Below the pieces are notes generated by a model that saw nothing but the letters and a program-made list of their open reading frames with translations, was not told where the DNA came from and searched no databases. Position numbers and translations under genes: made by a program. From an uncultured Pseudomonadales bacterium (GTDB lineage Bacteria; Patescibacteriota; Microgenomatia; UBA1400; MFAQ01): a stretch of DNA of 64,000 bases. Where the stretch lies: positions 4,560 through 68,559 of the forward strand of contig CAYHNG010000002.1 in the NCBI GenBank assembly GCA_964357975.1, read 5' to 3'. Positions 58,204 to 64,000 of the stretch are shown piece after piece; the stretch's first letter is position 1, and each line of letters begins with the position of its first letter.

Positions 58204-58208
58204 TTTGT

Positions 58209-58577
58209 TTAGAGTTTTAGTGCATCAAATGGATTAAGAATGTCGAGACCGAGAACGGCTCCGACGATGCCAATAATAAAGAAGGAGGCGACGATAGCGA
58301 TAAGGCCAATAGCCGCTTGGGTCATTGAGGTTTGAGCTTCCGAGACCTTTGCCTTGTCTCCACCAGCTGTAATCCATTTTAGACCACCCATGGTGAAATA
58401 GATGACAAAGGCCAAACTGCCGACAACGGTAATGGTGGTGATTAAATTAGAAAGAAATGTTCCCAAACCACTTTGGACACCTCCACTGATGCCTGTTTGA
58501 AAAGGGCCAATTCCTCCAACTTCACTGCCTAGTGGGATATCGGCGGCGGCAAGGGCTGAGGAAATAAATGTCATCAT
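58209..58577 (-). CDS. VirB2/TrbC-like pilin paralog 5
   Basis: Leader MMTFISSALAAA|D, loop ITAGGDKAKVSE. Confidence 0.55.
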   Translation of the reverse strand: MMTFISSALAAADIPLGSEVGGIGPFQTGISGGVQSGLGTFLSNLITTITVVGSLAFVIYFTMGGLKWITAGGDKAKVSEAQTSMTQAAIGLIAIVASFFIIGIVGAVLGLDILNPFDALKL

Positions 58578-58580
58578 AAT

Positions 58581-58946
58581 TTAGATAGATTTTAATTTAG
58601 GAGCCAAGATTGCTCCAAAGTCTCCAAAGAGGACCTTGCTGACGATGGCAATAATTAGGAAACTAGCGGCAATAATGACTAGCCCCACAAGACTCATGGT
58701 GATTTTATTTTGAGCTTCAGTTAGTTTACCTTTGTCTCCACCGGAGGCAATATAGGCAAGTCCACCAGTGAGGAGTTGCCAGAGAGCGAAGACTCCGGCA
58801 ATAACTACAATGAAGCGAACTAGGGCAGAGATGATATCTGTGGTCTGAGTGGTTTCCTTTGGGATGCCTGCGGGAAGGTCGATGGTACCTATTACATTCG
58901 CGGCTAGGGCTGACTTGGCGAATAATGTGTTTAGTATATTGATCAT
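58581..58946 (-). CDS. VirB2/TrbC-like pilin paralog 6
   Basis: Leader MINILNTLFAKSALAA|N, loop IASGGDKGKLTE. Confidence 0.55.
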   Translation of the reverse strand: MINILNTLFAKSALAANVIGTIDLPAGIPKETTQTTDIISALVRFIVVIAGVFALWQLLTGGLAYIASGGDKGKLTEAQNKITMSLVGLVIIAASFLIIAIVSKVLFGDFGAILAPKLKSI

Positions 58947-58949
58947 AAA

Positions 58950-59273
58950 TTAAAAGAATTTAAAGCCAATAATTGCCCCCATAACTCGGGTGATTAGGAA
59001 AGCGAGAACAATGAGGATCAGACCAAGTATTCCATAGTTTAGCATGTTCTGAGCTTGTTCGGTTTTGCCTTTGTCACCACTTGCAGTGATATAGTTGAAA
59101 CCAGCCAGGATAATGACGATAAAGGCCATGACGCCGGAAATTATTAGCACATTGGAGATTAGAGGGTTAATAAGGTTGGCCAATGTGGCCCCACTACCGC
59201 CGACATTCAAGGCTTTGCCTGGAGCATAGAGATTTTCCAACGATTCTGCCGCAAGGACAGTTTTGATAACCAT
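58950..59273 (-). CDS. VirB2/TrbC-like pilin paralog 7
   Basis: Leader MVIKTVLAA|E, loop ITASGDKGKTEQ. Confidence 0.55.
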   Translation of the reverse strand: MVIKTVLAAESLENLYAPGKALNVGGSGATLANLINPLISNVLIISGVMAFIVIILAGFNYITASGDKGKTEQAQNMLNYGILGLILIVLAFLITRVMGAIIGFKFF

Positions 59274-59302
59274 ACTGCCATTTTACAGTAAAATTAGACA
59301 CT

Positions 59303-60415
59303 ATGGAAACAAACAAGCTTGGGCGGTGGGCAAAAGAAAAATTAATCGAACTGGCATCCGAAACAGATGCGAGACTGGAAAAATATTGGGATAAGGAGAT
59401 AAAGAAGGACTTTGGTTTTAACAAAACGCAAAAAGAATTGGTGAGAAAAATGCTTTTGCATGCCAGAGAACACAACCTCAGATCGGCCAAAAGAGCAAGG
59501 GCGGGATTCGTAATTTATGGATATCAGCTGGGCAAAGAACCTGATCACTTAAGGAAGCAAGAACTCAAGACAGAAAAAGAAAAAGTGTGGAGGGCGGCGG
59601 AAGGGATAGAGTTGATTCACACGGCTCTTTTAATGCACGATGATTTTATGGATGGGGATAGGGTAAGGAGAGGAGGTCCGACGACTCAGGAATTTTTTGG
59701 TAAGGTAGACACACATTATGGAGATACGATGGCCATAAATGTCGGTGATGCAATTCTGTGTATGGGGTTTGACAGACTATTGGAGTGTAGCTCCGAGGGA
59801 GAAAAGACCAGACAGGTTATGAAACAGGTGTTCAACGGAATAACTCATACAGCCTTTGGGCAGGCGTATGATCTGAGTTTGCCAAAATTGGGAGAGATGA
59901 CGGAAGAAAAGGTGATGAGTTTGCACAGAGCAAAAACAGCTATTTATACTTACGAGAACCCATTATTGATTGGTGGAATTCTGGCTGGATTAACAAAAGA
60001 GGTTTTGGAAATCTTGCGAGATTATGCCACCGATGGAGGAATTGCGTTCCAGCTGCAAGACGACATTTTAGGTGTTTATGGGAACGAGGAAAAAACCGGA
60101 AAATCAATTAACTCGGATTTATTGCAGGGCAAGGTAACCCTTTTGGTAGTTAAAGTGATGGAAACGGGGACAAGGCAACAAAAAGAAAACTTGTTGAGAA
60201 TATGGGGAAAAAAGCAGGCGGAGACAAAAGATATCGATGCGGCGAAAGAAGCAATCAGAGATAGTGGGGCATATATGTATTCGGTAAAGGTGGCGAGAGA
60301 GTTGGCCGAGAAATCGGCTCGGACAACAAACAGATTGCGGGGGAAAGGATTAAACGATGAAGCAATTAACTATTTGGAAGGGATTGCGAGGTATATGGTG
60401 GAGAGAGAGGTTTAG
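59303..60415 (+). CDS. trans-Isoprenyl diphosphate synthase (polyprenyl synthetase family)
   Basis: FARM LMHDDFMDGDRVRRG and second Asp-rich region FQLQDDILGVYG. Confidence 0.8.
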   Translation: METNKLGRWAKEKLIELASETDARLEKYWDKEIKKDFGFNKTQKELVRKMLLHAREHNLRSAKRARAGFVIYGYQLGKEPDHLRKQELKTEKEKVWRAAEGIELIHTALLMHDDFMDGDRVRRGGPTTQEFFGKVDTHYGDTMAINVGDAILCMGFDRLLECSSEGEKTRQVMKQVFNGITHTAFGQAYDLSLPKLGEMTEEKVMSLHRAKTAIYTYENPLLIGGILAGLTKEVLEILRDYATDGGIAFQLQDDILGVYGNEEKTGKSINSDLLQGKVTLLVVKVMETGTRQQKENLLRIWGKKQAETKDIDAAKEAIRDSGAYMYSVKVARELAEKSARTTNRLRGKGLNDEAINYLEGIARYMVEREV

Positions 60416-60428
60416 AGTCTCACTTTTC

Positions 60429-60523
60429 GGTTCGAAGTGCGCAAAATGTTGTGCTCGACCTCCGTCCCTCGAGTACGAGTGCGGATCCGCTCCGCGCGAC
60501 ATTTTGCTTGCCCTTCTGTACCG
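60429..60523. repeat. Family-C direct repeat, copy C2
   Basis: GGTTCGAAGTGCGCAAAATGTTGTGCTCGACCTCCGTCCCTCGAGTACGAGTGCGGATCCGCTCCGCGCGACATTTTGCTTGCCCTTCTGTACC. Confidence 0.75.
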
Positions 60524-60784
60524 TCGTTCGACAATACCTAATGTGACAAAGGTGAGAGTGTTTGGGAGAAAGGGTGTCCTAAGATTTATTTTATGGAAAT
60601 ACCCAGACATTGGCGCGAACAGCCAACGAGGATGAGATTTGATGGATCAGAGAAAAACTTAAAAGATTCAGAAATGAGAGTGTTTAAGTATCCCGGGGGG
60701 TCTATCCCATTAGTAGGTGATTATCAGCAGATTCGACAGCGATTTGAGAAAAGAGGTTTTAGTGAAGAAGCAACAGAGGAAATT

Positions 60785-61495
60785 TTATTTCGACTTTGGG
60801 GTGGAATCCCCGCCGAAGCGGCGATCTCTTTGGGTGAAGTCGTCAATAGCTTTCATGAATTGGTCGGGAGTGAAATCGGGGAATAAGGTAGGAGTGAAGT
60901 AAAGTTCCGAGTAGACACTTTGCCAGGGTAGGTAACCCGAGGTACGGCGTTCTCCACCGGTACGGATAACTAGGTCGGGGTCGGGCATACCGGCGGTGTC
61001 CAGGTAAGATGAAAAAATTTCTTCATTTATATTGTTTGCGGGAATCTGGTCGTTGATGATTTTTTTGATTGCACGAATGATTTCGTCCCGACCACCATAA
61101 TTAAGAGCAAAGGAGACAGTAATTTTATTGTTTTTGGAGGACTTAGAGATCATTTCCATTGATTTTTTGGCAATATCTTCAGGGAAACGGCTCATGTCAC
61201 CTAATATTTGTAGCTTTGCTCCTCGCTTAATAAATCTGAGAGCAAGGGCTCCAAAGGCAATTCGAAATATATCTAAAATCCCCCTGACTTCTTTTTCGTC
61301 TCTTTTCCAATTTTCGGTAGAGAAGGCCCAAAAGGTCACATAGGGGATACCCAGATCGACACATTTTTCGATCAGAGGTTCAATGGTGTGGTTGGCGGCG
61401 TATTCGTGACCTTTGACAGGTTCCAAACCTTGTTTTTTTGCCCAACGACGGTTGCCATCCATCATGATCGCAATATGTTTTAGTGGAAGTTCCAT
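60785..61495 (-). CDS. uppS: Undecaprenyl diphosphate synthase (cis-prenyltransferase)
   Basis: MMDGNRRWA and YVTFWAFSTENWKR motifs. Confidence 0.85.
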   Translation of the reverse strand: MELPLKHIAIMMDGNRRWAKKQGLEPVKGHEYAANHTIEPLIEKCVDLGIPYVTFWAFSTENWKRDEKEVRGILDIFRIAFGALALRFIKRGAKLQILGDMSRFPEDIAKKSMEMISKSSKNNKITVSFALNYGGRDEIIRAIKKIINDQIPANNINEEIFSSYLDTAGMPDPDLVIRTGGERRTSGYLPWQSVYSELYFTPTLFPDFTPDQFMKAIDDFTQRDRRFGGDSTPKSK

Positions 61496-61521
61496 GCAGG
61501 TATAAATTATACCAAAAGAGG

Positions 61522-61860
61522 CTAAACAATATTGCCCAGTCCTAAAAAGTTGGTAATGACACGTACAACTAGATAAGCGGTAAATACCATAATGAGACCG
61601 ATAAAGCTGTTTAATAGTCTTGTTGTAGCACTAGCTACCCTTTTCGGGTCCCCTGAGCTCATCATGTATTCCCAGCCGGCCATGACGAGATTAGCAAAAA
61701 AGAGAAGACCAACAATGACGAAAACAAGGGTGAGAAGGTCTTTTGATAATACACTACCAAGATCGGTGAATTTGTTGATTCCAACGACCTGGTTGATACT
61801 GTTTTCTAACCCCGTAATGTCTACTTCGTCAGCTGCCAGAACCAGATTGATTAATGACAT
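61522..61860 (-). CDS. VirB2/TrbC-like pilin paralog 8
   Basis: Leader MSLINLVLAA|DE, loop MMSSGDPKRVAS. Confidence 0.5.
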   Translation of the reverse strand: MSLINLVLAADEVDITGLENSINQVVGINKFTDLGSVLSKDLLTLVFVIVGLLFFANLVMAGWEYMMSSGDPKRVASATTRLLNSFIGLIMVFTAYLVVRVITNFLGLGNIV

Positions 61861-61863
61861 AGT

Positions 61864-62280
61864 TTATTTTAGACCGGGAAGGCTAAGAATGTTAACTCCA
61901 ATAAGTCTTAATAAAAAGACGGAAAGGATAATAAAAATTAGACCGGAAATGGCGGAAGTGATAATCTCTTGACCCTCTTTCAGCTTATCGGGAATGCCGG
62001 CTGAGGTAGTGATGATAAAGACTCCAAAGAGCATGAGAATAAGAGCTAGTCCACCCCCAAGACCAACGGCGATCTTGAAGACTGAAGTAAAAAATGACGC
62101 CCCACCGGTTTCGACTGAAGTTGATATGCAACCAAGAGCAGTATTCACTTCGTCAGTACCACATCCTGTGCTTGGACCAACAAAAGCAGCGTGTGTGGAA
62201 TGTGGGGATAGAACAATCAGTGAAACAAGAAATATGAATATGAAGTATACGAGGCTTCTCATGTAGGGTAATTTTAACAT
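61864..62280 (-). CDS. VirB2/TrbC-like pilin paralog 9 (divergent: classical signal peptide, Cys pair)
   Basis: Signal peptide ...LSPHSTHA|AF, GCGTDEVNTALGC, two hydrophobic helices with loop TTSAGIPDKLKEGQE. Confidence 0.45.
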   Translation of the reverse strand: MLKLPYMRSLVYFIFIFLVSLIVLSPHSTHAAFVGPSTGCGTDEVNTALGCISTSVETGGASFFTSVFKIAVGLGGGLALILMLFGVFIITTSAGIPDKLKEGQEIITSAISGLIFIILSVFLLRLIGVNILSLPGLK

Positions 62281-62300
62281 GATAGGGTAAACTTAGAGAG

Positions 62301-64000
62301 ATGAAGTGGAGATATTTTTTATTGTTGGTGATAATGCTATCTTTGGGTGCCGGTATGCGGTCGGTGGCGGCGATCGATTGTTCTGATGGGAATATCAACA
62401 ATCTGGACATTGGTCAGCTCGAAATCTGTAAAAATGAGTCACAAAAAGAACTAGACATGTCACTGGCGGCGACGGCGCCTTTGGAAACTGAGGTCAAAAA
62501 ACTAGGAGCCAGGATAGCGACTCTACAAAAAGGGATCAATACGGCTTTGGCAAAACTAAAAACCACCGAAACTGGAATTAAAGAAAGAAGTGAAAAAGTG
62601 TCGACACAATACCTGGTATTGGCGGTGAAGATAAGAGGAATGTATATCCGACTCCGATCCGAACCGTTGTGGGTGAGTTTGCTTTCTAGCACGAGCATGG
62701 GACAAACCAGGAGGGAACTGGCTTATAGACAAGAGAGTAATGATAAAGATAAGCAGGTAATTGTGAGCTTGGTGCAAGAAATTGGCCAACTGGAAGAAGA
62801 TAAAAAAACTTTGGAAAAACAAAAAGAGCAACTTAGTAAATTGCAGGCGGAACTGGATAAACAAAACCTTTTTTTCCAGGCTGAGGTAAAAAAAGCAAAG
62901 GCCTTTCAGAGTGATTTGTCGGGAAAGATTGCGGCGCTATCGGCCAAGCAGGCGGCGATCTTGGCCGAGAAACAAGGAACATTTACGACAACAGTAGGCG
63001 ATGTACCTTTGGCTGATGACGTAAACGCCAGACCGGATTACAATCCCGGATTTTCACCGGCTTTCGCAGCCTTTTCATTTGGGGCTCCTCACTTCAAAGG
63101 TCTGAGCCAATATGGTGCTTTTGGCAGGGCAAAATCAGGACAAAATGCAGAAACTATTTTGCATGCATATTATGGAGGAATCGAAATTAAGAAAGATTAT
63201 CCAAGAGATAAAAAAATTAAAGTTCAGGGATATGGGGAAATGGAGATTGAAACTTATATGAAGCGGATTTATGAAGTTCCTAATACATGGGGGGACAATG
63301 GTGGCTTTGAGGCACTAAAAGCGCAAGCCGTCGCCGCCAGAAGTTACGCATTGGCTTGGACTGATGAAGGAAGAGGTGGTGCAATTTGTACAACACAGTC
63401 GTGCCAAGTGTTTAAGAATTCGGATAAAGGAGGTAACTGGGAGAGAGCGGTAAACGAAACAAAAGGATGGGTGTTGTGGAATAATGGAAAACCATTTAAG
63501 GCCTGGTACGCATCAACATCGGGGGGTTATCAGGAATCATATACAGATAGTTATAGTGGGTACACAACACCTTCCCTTTGGGACACATCGGATGGAAGAG
63601 GTGGTTGGACGTCTCTGGCATATGAAAAAAAGGGAGAAAGCCCTTGGTTTTATAAGGGTTGGTACAAAGGGACGTCAGGGGACACCTGCGGTCGATCACA
63701 CCCTTGGCTCAATAGTGAAGAGATGGCGGACATCTTGAATGCTTGGATAGTATTGAAAAATGGTTCAGATGATAGAGTTTCGCCAGTTGGAAGTTGCTGG
63801 GGAGGGAATCCATATTCATTATCTGAGTTGAGATCAAAAGCTGGAGGAAGCAGTTACTCAAGCGTGAGCGGAGTAACCGTGTCATATTCCGACGGAGGAT
63901 ATACCTCAAAAGTACATTTTGATACCGATCGAGGTGGAGTAGATATTAGTGGAGCAGATTTTAAGAAGATATTTAATTTGAGAGCACCGGGGAGAATTTC
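62301..64000 (+). CDS. SpoIID/LytB-domain protein with N-terminal signal peptide and coiled coil (3' end beyond the window)
   Basis: Uninterrupted frame from the ATG at 62301 to the window end. MKWRYFLLLVIMLSLGAG signal peptide, coiled coil, then YMKRIYEVPNTWGDNGGFEALKAQAVAARSYALAWT (SpoIID hallmark). Not in the ORF track because there is no stop within the window. Confidence 0.7.
   Translation, partial: MKWRYFLLLVIMLSLGAGMRSVAAIDCSDGNINNLDIGQLEICKNESQKELDMSLAATAPLETEVKKLGARIATLQKGINTALAKLKTTETGIKERSEKVSTQYLVLAVKIRGMYIRLRSEPLWVSLLSSTSMGQTRRELAYRQESNDKDKQVIVSLVQEIGQLEEDKKTLEKQKEQLSKLQAELDKQNLFFQAEVKKAKAFQSDLSGKIAALSAKQAAILAEKQGTFTTTVGDVPLADDVNARPDYNPGFSPAFAAFSFGAPHFKGLSQYGAFGRAKSGQNAETILHAYYGGIEIKKDYPRDKKIKVQGYGEMEIETYMKRIYEVPNTWGDNGGFEALKAQAVAARSYALAWTDEGRGGAICTTQSCQVFKNSDKGGNWERAVNETKGWVLWNNGKPFKAWYASTSGGYQESYTDSYSGYTTPSLWDTSDGRGGWTSLAYEKKGESPWFYKGWYKGTSGDTCGRSHPWLNSEEMADILNAWIVLKNGSDDRVSPVGSCWGGNPYSLSELRSKAGGSSYSSVSGVTVSYSDGGYTSKVHFDTDRGGVDISGADFKKIFNLRAPGRI

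Noticed and set aside
60593-60886. 97-aa plus-strand ORF downstream of the family-C repeat
   Set aside because: It would converge on uppS and overlap it by 100 nt. There is no recognisable motif, but a shorter real peptide cannot be excluded.

Overview
This 64 kb window looks like a gene-dense bacterial chromosome segment with a reduced-genome, Patescibacteria/CPR-like flavour (my inference from short housekeeping proteins, weak Shine-Dalgarno sequences, and PrgI-like and DUF4012-like genes). It spans the replication origin: rpmH-rnpA-[inserted island]-yidD-yidC-jag on the minus strand, then dnaA-oriC-dnaN on the plus strand. Housekeeping genes include tRNA-Cys, rdgB-gap-pgk, groES-groEL behind a CIRCE-like operator, tsaD, valS, rplY, an RNase HI-like gene, uppS and a trans-isoprenyl diphosphate synthase, plus an envelope glycan cluster (GT2, GT4/MraY-like, UbiA/DPPR-like). 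The main finding is a roughly 23 kb Gram-positive-type type IV secretion/conjugation-like locus at 38.9-62.3 kb. It encodes a PrgI/VirB3-like protein, a VirB4 ATPase, a PrgK-like cell-wall hydrolase (coiled coil, TM segments, amidase_2-like domain), a VirB6-like polytopic membrane protein, a RelE/DinJ toxin-antitoxin pair, a 1061-aa Cys-rich secreted protein, two roughly 750-aa orphan proteins, and nine tandem VirB2/TrbC-like pilin paralogs. A separate soluble VirD4/TraD-like ATPase fused to a degenerate Nudix domain lies at 12-15.6 kb. The pilin array is bracketed and interrupted by about 95 bp direct repeats (family C). A second feature is a family of short hairpin-forming repeats (family A, GGAGTGAGATTCCTC...GGAATGAC, 35-95 bp). 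These occur in intergenic regions and, like Rickettsia palindromic elements, in frame inside rnpA, valS, a nucleotidyltransferase-like gene and the PrgI-like gene. A CAGATNT heptamer microsatellite (family B) is inserted in frame twice in tsaD. Two genes are missing from the ORF track: rpmH (45 aa) and a SpoIID/LytB-domain gene that runs off the 3' end of the window. Several ORF-track starts are non-ATG or too long and are revised below. All functional calls are from motif recognition by eye; no database searches were run.
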